A DNA stretch of 50,006 bases from Alphaproteobacteria bacterium (GCA_021774995.1 JAJFIM010000172.1:1-50006); one strand, 5' to 3'. Numbered from the stretch's first letter, positions 8,679 through 17,640 are shown. The notes: generated by a model from the letters alone, not told the origin. Program-made: numbers and translations.

Positions 8679-10400
8679 TTAAGCGGCAATTTGCTCTTGA
8701 ACTTCATCCTCGATGTCGTCTTGAACTTCATCTTGGATATTGTCGGGGTCAATCGCAGGGAATTGCATGCCTTGCGGAATCCAGAATTGCGTTTTCAATT
8801 CATCCGCACTTGGCGATTCAAGGGTCAGGACATGGGCAAAGTGTTTTGCCATTGACGATACCAACTCGCCCTTTTTATAGCCCTGCGCCGTTCCATATTT
8901 CAAAGAACACCCTGCATTTTGAATAATGCCGTATAGCTGTTCTTTGTTGCGTCTTTTCAAAAACGGCGCGTCTGGTCGCCATTGCTCACGCATATCAACT
9001 TTCAAAGCATTAGCAACATGATTGGAAACGCTATCTTCATAGGTATCGAGCGTATCTAAATAGACTGTGCCAAATTCCAAAGATTCGATTGTAAGGGCAA
9101 TATCCTCAAGCTGTTCATCCGATAAAACTTGAACGGCGTAATAAGCGTCCTGCACATCGTAATGGAAAAGGCTCTGTAAATCGCTCCACGTTGACTCCTC
9201 GTCCCCTTTATCAAAATAGCTTAAAAGAACACGCGCCTTTGCGTTAATGGCATCTAGTGAGGGTGAATGTGTTTCACCATCATCAAAATAACGTAAGCAA
9301 GGGTGATCTTTGAAAGTCGCTAATTTCTTGGCAACCAAGATTTCTTTAGCTTTGCGTGGATTGTTGATAATCGCATTTTGAACGGCAACGCATTTGTGCA
9401 TATTCATATACTTAACCAACGGCTTGCCATAGGTGGCTTTGGGCTTGGGTTTTAAAGCCACTACATTGGATTCATCAATTTCAGGACGAATAAGCCCTTT
9501 GTGAACCTCAACCTCGCCAGAGGATAGAATATTGACGATAACACCGCCTGTTTCCCCTTCTTCTGCCTCACTATATTGCCATGAAGAATAATAGCCTTCC
9601 TCAAGTTCTGCCCAATCATCGCTTTGGCCGTATTCATCAACTAATTTTTCAGCCGCTTGTTTTTGCAATTCATCAAATTGCTCGCGGTCATTAAAAAATG
9701 TGGTTTTATCTTCTGCCAATAAATCAGCGGTATAATCCCCCTCATAAAGCGCAGTATCGAAGATAGCCAAAGCAACATTGGGTTTTTCACCAATAAGCGA
9801 TTCCTTAATATCTTCTGGACTGTCGCACCACCCATTAAGAGCTTGGCGTAAAACGCGCGATTGTTCATCACTTGAACCAAGGGCAAAACTCTCGGCCTGT
9901 GCCAGTGATAATTCACCTTCAATAAGAGCTTGTGTGACTTCTTCATTGAGTTCCAAAAGCATTAAACGTCTGCGAATGGTGCTTGTCGTCAATCCTGTTT
10001 GACTTACAATTTCATCCAGTTTTTCACCATCTTTAATCAATGATGCAATAGCGTTTGCCTCTTCCAAGGGGCTTAAATTTTCCCTTTGGACATTTTCAAC
10101 GGTAGCCATACGAAGGATTTCTTCACTTGTGAGGTCGTCTTTAATTTCGACGTTCACCGAAAAATCTTTATCAATATCGCCACGCTCTAAGAGGTGATTA
10201 AGGGCGCGAAAGCGTCTTTCACCGCAAATTATCGTGTGCTTGCCACGTTTGGTTTGAGGGCTTTGAACAATCAAGTTTTGCAACAATCCATCTGTTTTTA
10301 TGGATTGGGCTAGTCCTTCAATGGATTTATCGTCAAAATTTTTGCGCGGATTATCCTTTGAAGTTTTGATTTGGTTTAGTTTTAAAGTTTGAGTAGTCAT
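8679..10400 (-). CDS. large ParB/Srx-domain protein (ParB-like nuclease domain, leading-region type)
   Basis: 573 aa. N-terminal ParB box (NPRKNFDDKSIEGLAQSIKTDGLLQNLIV ... GERRFRAL). Acidic repetitive C-terminus (QDEVQDDIEDEVQEQ). Confidence 0.85.
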   Translation of the reverse strand: MTTQTLKLNQIKTSKDNPRKNFDDKSIEGLAQSIKTDGLLQNLIVQSPQTKRGKHTIICGERRFRALNHLLERGDIDKDFSVNVEIKDDLTSEEILRMATVENVQRENLSPLEEANAIASLIKDGEKLDEIVSQTGLTTSTIRRRLMLLELNEEVTQALIEGELSLAQAESFALGSSDEQSRVLRQALNGWCDSPEDIKESLIGEKPNVALAIFDTALYEGDYTADLLAEDKTTFFNDREQFDELQKQAAEKLVDEYGQSDDWAELEEGYYSSWQYSEAEEGETGGVIVNILSSGEVEVHKGLIRPEIDESNVVALKPKPKATYGKPLVKYMNMHKCVAVQNAIINNPRKAKEILVAKKLATFKDHPCLRYFDDGETHSPSLDAINAKARVLLSYFDKGDEESTWSDLQSLFHYDVQDAYYAVQVLSDEQLEDIALTIESLEFGTVYLDTLDTYEDSVSNHVANALKVDMREQWRPDAPFLKRRNKEQLYGIIQNAGCSLKYGTAQGYKKGELVSSMAKHFAHVLTLESPSADELKTQFWIPQGMQFPAIDPDNIQDEVQDDIEDEVQEQIAA

Positions 10401-10442
10401 GGTATCAGCTCCTTTTTTGCTGTTGGTTGGTTTAAAAATGGG

Positions 10443-10796
10443 TTAAGCCGCAATCTGGCTTTGCCCCTCGTAAAACGCGGTTGCGTCTTTAACGAGTTGC
10501 CCCATGTGTTCCAAAGCGTTTTCATGTGCGCTTTGAATTGCTTTTTCGGTCACGCGCTTACACGGCTGTAGTGCAATGCCTGACTTAAAAAAATCTTGAA
10601 AAATGATCGTGGTTTCGGTTGCATAGCCGTCTTCACCTTTGCGAATACAAACGCTTGCGCTTGCGGATAATCCCCCTCTTGCTTTGGCTGTCCGCAATTT
10701 TAAAATGCGTGTGCCTTCGGGTGTTTCACCTAAAACGGCCTCGCTTGTTGCTTGCCATCCCTCGATTCCTTTTGAAATTTGTGTTTGATATGTCAT
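10443..10796 (-). CDS. hypothetical protein (117 aa from the RBS-supported start)
   Basis: The ORF track gives 10443-10847. The ATG at 10796 (MTYQTQIS..) is preceded by AAGGAA at good spacing, so I use it. No recognisable motif. Confidence 0.5.
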   Translation of the reverse strand: MTYQTQISKGIEGWQATSEAVLGETPEGTRILKLRTAKARGGLSASASVCIRKGEDGYATETTIIFQDFFKSGIALQPCKRVTEKAIQSAHENALEHMGQLVKDATAFYEGQSQIAA

Positions 10797-10824
10797 GTTT
10801 TTAGTTCCTTTTCTGGTTGGGTGA

Positions 10825-10983
10825 TTAAAGTCTGATTGGTGTTCCAAGACGCTCTACGCTTAGGATTGCGGAGCGTGGGCAACGCTCGGAGTCCATAACA
10901 AGCTGTATGGCTGTTTCCGCGTCCTTTGCAGGGGTTTGGATTGTGATTTGTGAAGTTCTGATTTTGAACGGAAATACTTGCAT
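10825..10983 (-). CDS. 52-aa hypothetical protein (not in ORF track)
   Basis: ATG at 10983 preceded by AAGGGGGA. Translation MQVFPFKIRTSQITIQTPAKDAETAIQLVMDSERCPRSAILSVERLGTPIRL. Fills the gap between two co-oriented genes. Confidence 0.35.
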   Translation of the reverse strand: MQVFPFKIRTSQITIQTPAKDAETAIQLVMDSERCPRSAILSVERLGTPIRL

Positions 10984-10995
10984 GATATTTCCCCC

Positions 10996-11391
10996 TTAAT
11001 ATTCGCTTGTCAGAAGCAAAACATTGTTCTGAAAATAAAAGCGGATTTGAGTTAGCGGAAAATCGGTAAAGATTATATTCTCGGCATAAAGCTCTTTTTC
11101 ATTACCATCTGTGCAAGTGAGCCTTGCGCCTTCGCCCTGTTCATTGAGTTTCAATGTCCATACGCAAAACTCTTGATTTTGCAGTGATGGAACGCAAGAT
11201 TGGCAATCAAATATTTTATCTATCAACCAGTACGCACCGCCTGTTTCCGCAACATATTGAACGCCCTCTGTATAGAGATAGGCTCTATAAAGTGAGTGCC
11301 TAAACCACGTTTCTGTACCGCAGAAATTTCTTAAATCCTCTGCTCTAAGGGTTGGTGTCTCTGTGATGTTTGCTGTCTGGTTCATTTTCAA
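10996..11391 (-). CDS. DUF6876-like conserved conjugative-element protein
   Basis: 131 aa. The blocks GTETWFRH, TEGVQYVAETGGAYWLIDKI, FTDFPL and NNVLLLTSEY match my memory of this family. Function unknown. Confidence 0.55.
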   Translation of the reverse strand: MKMNQTANITETPTLRAEDLRNFCGTETWFRHSLYRAYLYTEGVQYVAETGGAYWLIDKIFDCQSCVPSLQNQEFCVWTLKLNEQGEGARLTCTDGNEKELYAENIIFTDFPLTQIRFYFQNNVLLLTSEY

Positions 11392-11411
11392 TTCCTTTCT
11401 TTTTTAAATTG

Positions 11412-11439
11412 CGCCCCGAAACATACTTTTTTCGGGGCG
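11412..11439. other. 10-bp stem hairpin (cgccccgaaa / tttcggggcg) just 5' of the DUF6876-like gene
   Basis: Read directly from the sequence. No flanking T-run, so not a canonical terminator. Confidence 0.4.
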
Positions 11440-11729
11440 ACAGGAACTGGAGCCTGAAAGCGGCGAGAGCGGTCAAATCACAAACCCTTTGCAAAAGGGC
11501 TTGGGCTAAAAATCGAAAAAATTGCGGAAGGTTCGCGGTAAGCGTAGCGGCGTGAAAACCGTCATTTTTACTATTTTTTGGCTTTGGGAATTGACGGAGC
11601 GAGCCAAGACAAAACAGAAGTCATTTTAAGGGTCATGATTCAGCTACCCCACTTTCAAGGCCGCATGGGAGCAAAATCACCGAAAGCATAAATACTCCTG
11701 ACATTACAAAACGAGTGTCAGAAAGGATT

Positions 11730-11801
11730 ATGATGAAGAAGTTAATAATCAAATTCATTGTTATGAAGATTATAAAATGGCTTTTAGAAATGTTGTTCTA
11801 A
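11730..11801 (+). CDS. 23-aa Lys-rich hydrophobic peptide (speculative small toxin-like ORF)
   Basis: AAAGGA then ATGATG. Translation MMKKLIIKFIVMKIIKWLLEMLF, stop at 11799-11801. Followed by the hairpin gcagagtaa-gtgtgaag-ttactctgc (11814-11839). Confidence 0.25.
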   Translation: MMKKLIIKFIVMKIIKWLLEMLF

Positions 11802-12004
11802 GACCATTGAGTGAAGCAGAGTAAGTGTGAAGTTACTCTGCATTCATCCGATCCGCGTTAAGGATTGTCACCCGAATGGGCCGAAACGCTTGCAAAGTGG
11901 TTCGGTGAGCCTTTAGGCGAATAAAGCCTGACCCGCCACTTTTAAGCGGGTAACGCCGTGGTGAATTTTGTACCTGACTAATAGTGAAATCCAGCAGAAT
12001 CTAA

Positions 12005-12604
12005 TTATTCAGATCTTACAAATTCAATTAAAAGGCCATAATCGTGATTATCAGCGGCTTGCAAAGCCGCAATATATCGCGACCTTACATCACCTTTCCT
12101 TGTAATATCCCCTGCCCCCCATGTGAACCGCTCCTGATCCATAAAGTGCAACAAAATATCTGTGGCAAGGCGACTATGGCGGCCATTACCATTTGGAAAT
12201 GGGTGAATAAAGACGAGCCGGTGATGAAATCGCGCCGCTAATTCATCCGGCGGATATGTTGCATGATCGAGTTGATACTGTGTGTCATCGACAAGCTGCT
12301 TCAACTCTGTTGGAATGCGATACGCATCAATGCCGATATTACGCGCGGTTTTACGATATGACCCGGCCCACTCCCAGACTTCACCATACATTTTTTTATG
12401 CAGATCGTTTAAGAATTTTATATCAAGCGGATTGCGTTTTTTAGTAAATGCCCATAATTCACCTTTAACGATATTTTGCTGTTCAGCCTGATTAAGTTCA
12501 CCGCGCGTAGAGATATAAGACGGAATTAATCCCTCTTTTTCTTCTTCGGTTAAATCTGTTCCACCTTCTGATTCTTCAAATATATCGTCTAAATCATCAT
12601 TCAT
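12005..12604 (-). CDS. Fic-domain protein, 'mobile mystery protein B' type
   Basis: 199 aa. Canonical Fic motif HPFPNGNGRHSR. Overlaps the upstream HTH partner gene by 4 nt. Confidence 0.85.
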   Translation of the reverse strand: MNDDLDDIFEESEGGTDLTEEEKEGLIPSYISTRGELNQAEQQNIVKGELWAFTKKRNPLDIKFLNDLHKKMYGEVWEWAGSYRKTARNIGIDAYRIPTELKQLVDDTQYQLDHATYPPDELAARFHHRLVFIHPFPNGNGRHSRLATDILLHFMDQERFTWGAGDITRKGDVRSRYIAALQAADNHDYGLLIEFVRSE

Positions 12605-13062
12605 TTTTTATGATCCCAAATAATTTTATGTTGGTCGCGCAAAATCTGCGCGGCTAAATTTTCAATTTCATCGCTCAATGCCCCCTGCCCTAAATTTTGA
12701 GCTTCAAGGCGCATCGTATGGTCAACTTTGCCTATAATTTCAGCAGCAATACGGCGCGCGCGGCTTTGTAGAATATCTTCGAAAGAGCTTTTGGGAACAA
12801 AAGAATAAACAAAAGCGCAATCAAGAGCTTCTGCCGCGCGGCGCAAACTGGCCAATGTTACGGTTTCATCAATTTCTGCTTTTTCCAAAACAGTGATTCT
12901 GGGCGGAGAAACATTCAGGCGCGCGGCCAGTTGCTTTGAAGACATCCCCAATGCTTCCTTGACGGCCTTGATCCACCCCTTATGCGGCCTTTGCATTTTT
13001 TGCAATGGCGGCAGGGACGAAATCTTGTTGTCTAATGCTTTTCGTGCTGTATTTTTATTCAT
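12601..13062 (-). CDS. XRE-type HTH protein, 'mobile mystery protein A' type (partner of the Fic protein)
   Basis: 153 aa. HTH segment MSSKQLAARLNVSPPRITVLEK. The conserved pairing with a Fic gene matches the TIGRFAM mobile-mystery A/B pair as I recall it. Confidence 0.75.
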   Translation of the reverse strand: MNKNTARKALDNKISSLPPLQKMQRPHKGWIKAVKEALGMSSKQLAARLNVSPPRITVLEKAEIDETVTLASLRRAAEALDCAFVYSFVPKSSFEDILQSRARRIAAEIIGKVDHTMRLEAQNLGQGALSDEIENLAAQILRDQHKIIWDHKK

Positions 13063-13135
13063 TTAATTAACCTATAGATTAAATATCCCAGAAAAATATT
13101 AACTCATATATTAAATATTATCAAGAACAATTAAC

Positions 13136-14368
13136 TTAAAGGTTAATTTTTGACTTTATCAATGCGATAGAAGCAGGGCTAACACCATATTTCGCGGCCA
13201 GCTCTTCCCATTTTGATAAAGCGCCCTGCGTTTGAGTGATGATCTCTTCAATGCGCTCATTACCAAGTTTGGCCTCTTGGCCAAGTTTGCGTAAATGATC
13301 CTGCCCCGGATTACGTCCCTCGCCCATTACAAGCGTGCTTTGTTCGCCGCGCGGCCCTGAAGAAAACGTCAAATCATAAGCGGGTGAGAGTTGCCAGCCG
13401 CCCTGTTCATCCATCAAAAAGCTGAAGTTTTTAGAATGGTCGTCGCGATTATGCGCGAGAACATTAAAAACGGCGCATTTGTACATTTTTTCAACTTCGC
13501 GCATATCCCGCGTTAAAGAGCTGGTTAAAGCCATCAGATCCTCATAGTCCAAAGATGGGGTTCTATAATCAGAATGCAGCAACCCGCAAGCCGTGTGCAT
13601 ATGCACTTTTTTACGCCCTATACGATCAAAGCGTTTTATTGCAAAAAATCCTGCGCCAGCTTTCGCATCAAATAGATGAACTTGCGGCATAGAAATACCG
13701 GCCTCCATAGCCATCAGCGCGTAAACATATTCAATCGCGCCAGCATCCAGCCCGTCCTGCGCATTAGGGAATTTCACCATCCACGGCTGATAACCTTTGG
13801 CAAGATCAGATACACCATGCACAATATTTTCAAAATTCTTATCAACCCCAATCAGTGCTTTAGGGCGCGCGCCGCCTGATGAGCCGTTTAACGCAATAAG
13901 TTCAGCGAGAACGTCAGTCGCCTCCCCTTCCAAAACATCCCGTGATTGGCGCGCCAGCACATCAAGGCTAATCGGCTCATTGCTGTTATCACCACTATGA
14001 TCCGGTTCATAGACAAGCGCGCCTAAAGCACTCATTCCAACATGCGCCAATCTATCAAGCGGCGTAATATCCGAGGGTAAAATACCTTTAGACCGCGCCA
14101 AACGATCAAACAATAACCGCCCCCAACCATCAGGAAGACTGTCATTAAAAACCCCAGGCAACCCTTCAAACAAATGATAATCAAAACTGGTCACGCCTGA
14201 TTGAAGCGGCAAGCGTAGCGGTGAAATTTCAATGCCACCAGCAATAAATGAGGGATCATATTCGAAGTATATTTTACGCTCCCGCATAGCCAGACGGCCA
14301 ACAGGGATAGTTTTTTCACCGGAATTGAAACCGACTTTGATCTCTTTTACGTTTGTAATATCTTTCAT
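13136..14368 (-). CDS. hipA: HipA-family serine/threonine kinase toxin
   Basis: 410 aa. HipA N-terminal/coupling blocks (FEGLPGVFNDSLPDGWGR) and kinase core (AHNRDDHSKNFSF, SPAYDL). Confidence 0.9.
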   Translation of the reverse strand: MKDITNVKEIKVGFNSGEKTIPVGRLAMRERKIYFEYDPSFIAGGIEISPLRLPLQSGVTSFDYHLFEGLPGVFNDSLPDGWGRLLFDRLARSKGILPSDITPLDRLAHVGMSALGALVYEPDHSGDNSNEPISLDVLARQSRDVLEGEATDVLAELIALNGSSGGARPKALIGVDKNFENIVHGVSDLAKGYQPWMVKFPNAQDGLDAGAIEYVYALMAMEAGISMPQVHLFDAKAGAGFFAIKRFDRIGRKKVHMHTACGLLHSDYRTPSLDYEDLMALTSSLTRDMREVEKMYKCAVFNVLAHNRDDHSKNFSFLMDEQGGWQLSPAYDLTFSSGPRGEQSTLVMGEGRNPGQDHLRKLGQEAKLGNERIEEIITQTQGALSKWEELAAKYGVSPASIALIKSKINL

Positions 14369-14673
14369 TTTCGGCTCCCTCTTTGTCTTGTGGGCTTATT
14401 ATCATCTTCAAGAACCTCATCAATCGAGGAAAAGCTTTGCTGCGAAAGCTCCAAAGCATCGAGCATGGGCTCAAGACCGCCCACCACCATTTGGAGTTTC
14501 AGGAAAGATTCCAAAGAAATCGCGCCTTTTTGCTCAAATTTTCGTAAAGTCGGTAATGGAACACCGGAACGCTCCGCAAGCCCTTCTTGCGTCAAATCCA
14601 TGCCCAAGCGCCTTTGACGGACATTCTCAGCCAATTTTTTTTGCACTTTAGAAGGTGTTGTAAGTGATACCAT
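14365..14673 (-). CDS. hipB: HipB-like XRE HTH antitoxin
   Basis: 102 aa. HTH LTQEGLAERSGVPLPTLRKFE. 4-nt overlap with the hipA start. Confidence 0.8.
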   Translation of the reverse strand: MVSLTTPSKVQKKLAENVRQRRLGMDLTQEGLAERSGVPLPTLRKFEQKGAISLESFLKLQMVVGGLEPMLDALELSQQSFSSIDEVLEDDNKPTRQRGSRK

Positions 14674-14814
14674 TGTATTACATATCCCAATTTATGAGTG
14701 ATTAGTAATATTATAGTATTATTTGTATAATTTATCAAACAATAATCACCACGCGCAGCGCATCGTAATGATGTGCTTTTTATAAGTGGCGGTGCTAGAT
14801 ATCAAAGCAAATCC

Positions 14815-14850
14815 ATAGCTATTAGTTATTAACTGCTAACTAATAGCTAT
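14815..14850. repeat. inverted repeat atagctattagtta-N8-taactaatagctat containing the TAGTTATTAACT par motif (candidate centromere/terminator)
   Basis: 14-bp perfect arms at 14815-14828 and 14837-14850. Abuts the stop codon of the RHH partition gene. Confidence 0.5.
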
Positions 14851-15221
14851 TAACCTCTACGCCCTCTTCCCTTATGCTTTTGTATCAGATTGTCTTGCTC
14901 TTCAATGTTTAATGAATCAAAAGCATGAAGCGCTGCACGTATAATGTCTGAACCAGAGGATACAGTTCCATGTTTATTGATCGAATGCTTAATTGCCTTA
15001 TTTATGATTTCTTGATCAGATGGAAATAAAGAAAATGATTTAGTCGCTATCCGTTCTTTCTTTTTTACACCCTCCCTACTTTTGAAATTATTTTCTTCTG
15101 CTAAACGCCTAATTTTAGTTTCATCTATCTTTTTTAAATCTGGCGTCTTTGTGTCATTTGATTTGAAATCATCAAAGTTAATGTCTGAAAATGGATCTGA
15201 TGAATTATCTATGTCACTCAT
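14850..15221 (-). CDS. ParG-like ribbon-helix-helix partition (centromere-binding) protein
   Basis: 123 aa. 4-nt overlap with the parA stop. The C-terminal KSFSLFPSDQEIINKAIKH...DIIRAALHAF looks like an RHH fold, and the N-terminus looks disordered. Confidence 0.5.
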   Translation of the reverse strand: MSDIDNSSDPFSDINFDDFKSNDTKTPDLKKIDETKIRRLAEENNFKSREGVKKKERIATKSFSLFPSDQEIINKAIKHSINKHGTVSSGSDIIRAALHAFDSLNIEEQDNLIQKHKGRGRRG

Positions 15222-15916
15222 GCGGCAATCTCCTCTGATGTCTTTTTAGACTTCTGTCCTTGGATTTTTTTCATCGCTTCTGCCGCAAAGTTTGCAGCAT
15301 TACTTCTCGCTTTGTCCAAACCGCCAACTTGTAATGACGTTATTTGATTTAAAGTCAATTTATGATCAAAAATAGCCTTATACGCTTCTCTTTCGTGGAT
15401 TTCCGTTAAAAAACTATCAATTTTATTTTTCTCCAGACTATTCACCATACGTTTTAAACCTTTCGAACGGATAGCCGGGCTCGTTCTGGTTAATAAAATA
15501 GAAACGGGGATTTGCCGTCCGGTCACATTACATTGTCTTCTCACGAGAGCTACAGCACGAGCAGCCTCTTCTGCGTCTAATGTAGAACGTTGTGATGGTA
15601 TAATAACCAAATCTGCTTTTGAAATTGCATACGCTACGGCTAAGTTGGCCGTACCCTCTAAATCAACAACAACAATATCAGAAGTTTTGGCCGCCGCTTC
15701 AATATCCTCAATAATTGTTTCTTCACTATCATTTGAAGTCACTCTCAAGTTTTCAGCCTCTCCTCCTCCTTCACCCCATTTTGCGATTGGGTGATTAGGG
15801 TCTGCATCAATTACATGTGTTTTAAGACCACGATGTGCAAGTTCTGTTGCAAGCAGAAACGCTGATGTGGTTTTTCCTGCTCCTCCTTTTGAACTTGCGA
15901 AAACGATAACAGGCAT
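15218..15916 (-). CDS. parA: ParA-family partition ATPase (small type Ib)
   Basis: 232 aa. Deviant Walker A SSKGGAGKTT and Walker B VVVDLEG. Confidence 0.9.
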   Translation of the reverse strand: MPVIVFASSKGGAGKTTSAFLLATELAHRGLKTHVIDADPNHPIAKWGEGGGEAENLRVTSNDSEETIIEDIEAAAKTSDIVVVDLEGTANLAVAYAISKADLVIIPSQRSTLDAEEAARAVALVRRQCNVTGRQIPVSILLTRTSPAIRSKGLKRMVNSLEKNKIDSFLTEIHEREAYKAIFDHKLTLNQITSLQVGGLDKARSNAANFAAEAMKKIQGQKSKKTSEEIAA

Positions 15917-15934
15917 ATGGTTTCTCCATGTTGT

Positions 15935-15969
15935 TAGTTATTAACTAGTGTAATAGTAGTTAATAACTA
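15935..15969. promoter_or_regulatory. two 13-bp palindromes TAGTTA(T/A)TAACTA upstream of parA (candidate parC/operator)
   Basis: tagttattaacta at 15935-15947 and tagttaataacta at 15957-15969, 19 bp 5' of the parA start. The same motif recurs at 14824-14835. Confidence 0.5.
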
Positions 15970-16082
15970 TGGTGATGTCTACGATAATATTTAAGCTCAT
16001 AATCAACTTTCATTTTCTCTTTAAACAAGGCTATATCTCCTATTTCAGGCGCAAATCCAAGTAATTTAAATCCGCTCTGACA

Positions 16083-17495
16083 TTAAGCTCTCCCTCTTGT
16101 TTGGCTGCTCTCGGCTTGCTCGTTGTCATTATCGCGGCGCAGCTTGCCCATGACAGACTTGTGAAGCTTCAATTCGCCTGATTTTGCACGGTTTACCATC
16201 GCATTGAAGTAAGCACCGGGCTTCATCACGCGGTTTTCTTCGCGTAAATTCGCCTGATCTGTCAAAATGACACACACAGCGGCACCGATACGGCTCAAGG
16301 TCATGCACGCATGTCCCCATGAGCTTTGGGAAATCCCAAGTTTTCTGTTTAAACGATAGGCTGCTTCAACAAAATCATTGGCGTTCATAGGCCGCGGCTC
16401 CATTGGAAGCTCTGCCTTTAAGCGCTCACTTGAAATATTGAGGAGTTGTTTAAGGGTTACATGCTGAAGACCTGTTGAAAGAATGGTAGACTGTTCGTCT
16501 GATGATTCCTCTTTTTGCTCCGATCTTTTGCTCCCCTCTCCTTTTGAACCGATGTCTGATTGACGCTGTGGATTCTCGGCTACTTCCTCCTGAAGGAAAC
16601 TGGGCGAAGTCCTACTAGTACTTAATTTATTAAGTTGTTTTTTATTTGTATATTTGTAGTGAACGTCATTTGAATCGCCCTTGGGTGAATCTTTCTCCGT
16701 AATTGTATCGTTTTCTAGGCATTTTAAGCCCGCCTGATCGTGCTGCGATGCTTTTGCATTCAATATCTCATAAAGATCCTTATGCTTACCAAGAAGCTCT
16801 CTCAAGGCAATTAAATCCATATAGGTACGAATAGAGATCGCAATTTGCTCATAGCGGCCGGAAAAATCGACGAAATCAGCTTCATCAAGTGTGAATTCCT
16901 CACCAGACTCCCCTGCCCCGCTTTCTGCTTCTAACAATATGCTGCGAATTTGACGACGATACCATGAAATCTGGCGTTTTGTTTCCATCCATGCCTTATC
17001 ATAGAGCTGCTTTTCATGCAGCTTGTCCTGCAATTCGGCTTTCAAGTAAGCCAGAGGCGTTAATTCTGCGCCGAAAGCGAACATGATTTGTCCTGTTTCT
17101 GGGCATCTTTGGCCGAAACGTCTATGATTACCGCTGTCATGCCATGTTAAGGCACCAACCTCAAAGAGCTGTTTTTCAAGGATTTGGATTTGGCGTTCAG
17201 ATACGCCCATATCTAAAGCTGTTCTGGCAAGAGATTGATAAACGATCGGGCGACTCCCCTCCTCCCAGTCAATATCGCGCGTAAAGCTCATATAGTAATC
17301 AAGCAGCGCAATCATGCGCGGTGAAAATCCGGCCTTCTTCCCTGCCCTTTTCACGAGCAGAAGAAGATCATAACGATTGACGTTTTCTTCCAACCCTTCG
17401 AAATCTTCGCATTGTTCAAGTGAGTGTCTTAATTTGGGAGAAGCTATGCGCCCTCCTCCAGGCGTCGTCATTTCTGGTAAAATATGTGTTTGCAT
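16083..17495 (-). CDS. repC: RepC-family plasmid replication initiator
   Basis: 470 aa. Collinear by eye with RepC of repABC plasmids (TTPGGGR; FSPRMIALLDYYMSF; IVYQSLARTALDMGVSERQIQILEKQLFEVGALTWHDSGNHRRFG; FAFGAELTPL). No repA/repB of the classical type is adjacent. Confidence 0.75.
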   Translation of the reverse strand: MQTHILPEMTTPGGGRIASPKLRHSLEQCEDFEGLEENVNRYDLLLLVKRAGKKAGFSPRMIALLDYYMSFTRDIDWEEGSRPIVYQSLARTALDMGVSERQIQILEKQLFEVGALTWHDSGNHRRFGQRCPETGQIMFAFGAELTPLAYLKAELQDKLHEKQLYDKAWMETKRQISWYRRQIRSILLEAESGAGESGEEFTLDEADFVDFSGRYEQIAISIRTYMDLIALRELLGKHKDLYEILNAKASQHDQAGLKCLENDTITEKDSPKGDSNDVHYKYTNKKQLNKLSTSRTSPSFLQEEVAENPQRQSDIGSKGEGSKRSEQKEESSDEQSTILSTGLQHVTLKQLLNISSERLKAELPMEPRPMNANDFVEAAYRLNRKLGISQSSWGHACMTLSRIGAAVCVILTDQANLREENRVMKPGAYFNAMVNRAKSGELKLHKSVMGKLRRDNDNEQAESSQTRGRA

Positions 17496-17640
17496 GTTTT
17501 TTATCGCGAAGTCTGTAAATCACTGTGGATAAGGCTGCAGAAAAGGGTTTGCGGAAGTCACTTAAGACTTGCAACCGATTCGGGAACGCGATACCATTAT
17601 TGAAAGATTTAGATGAGGGTATCGCCTTCAAAGTTTAAAA

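Noticed and set aside
8630-8926. Plus-strand ORFs 8630-8926 and 8637-8855 with repeated LNFILD peptides; possible repeat array
   Set aside because: They are the antisense shadow of the acidic, imperfect 24-bp tandem repeat that encodes the ParB-like C-terminus (QDEVQDDIEDEVQE). There are only two units and no spacers, so this is not a CRISPR or a separate gene.
16083-17495. Classical repABC cassette
   Set aside because: Only repC-like sequence is present. The adjacent ParA is a 232-aa type Ib ATPase with a 123-aa RHH partner, not RepA/RepB.
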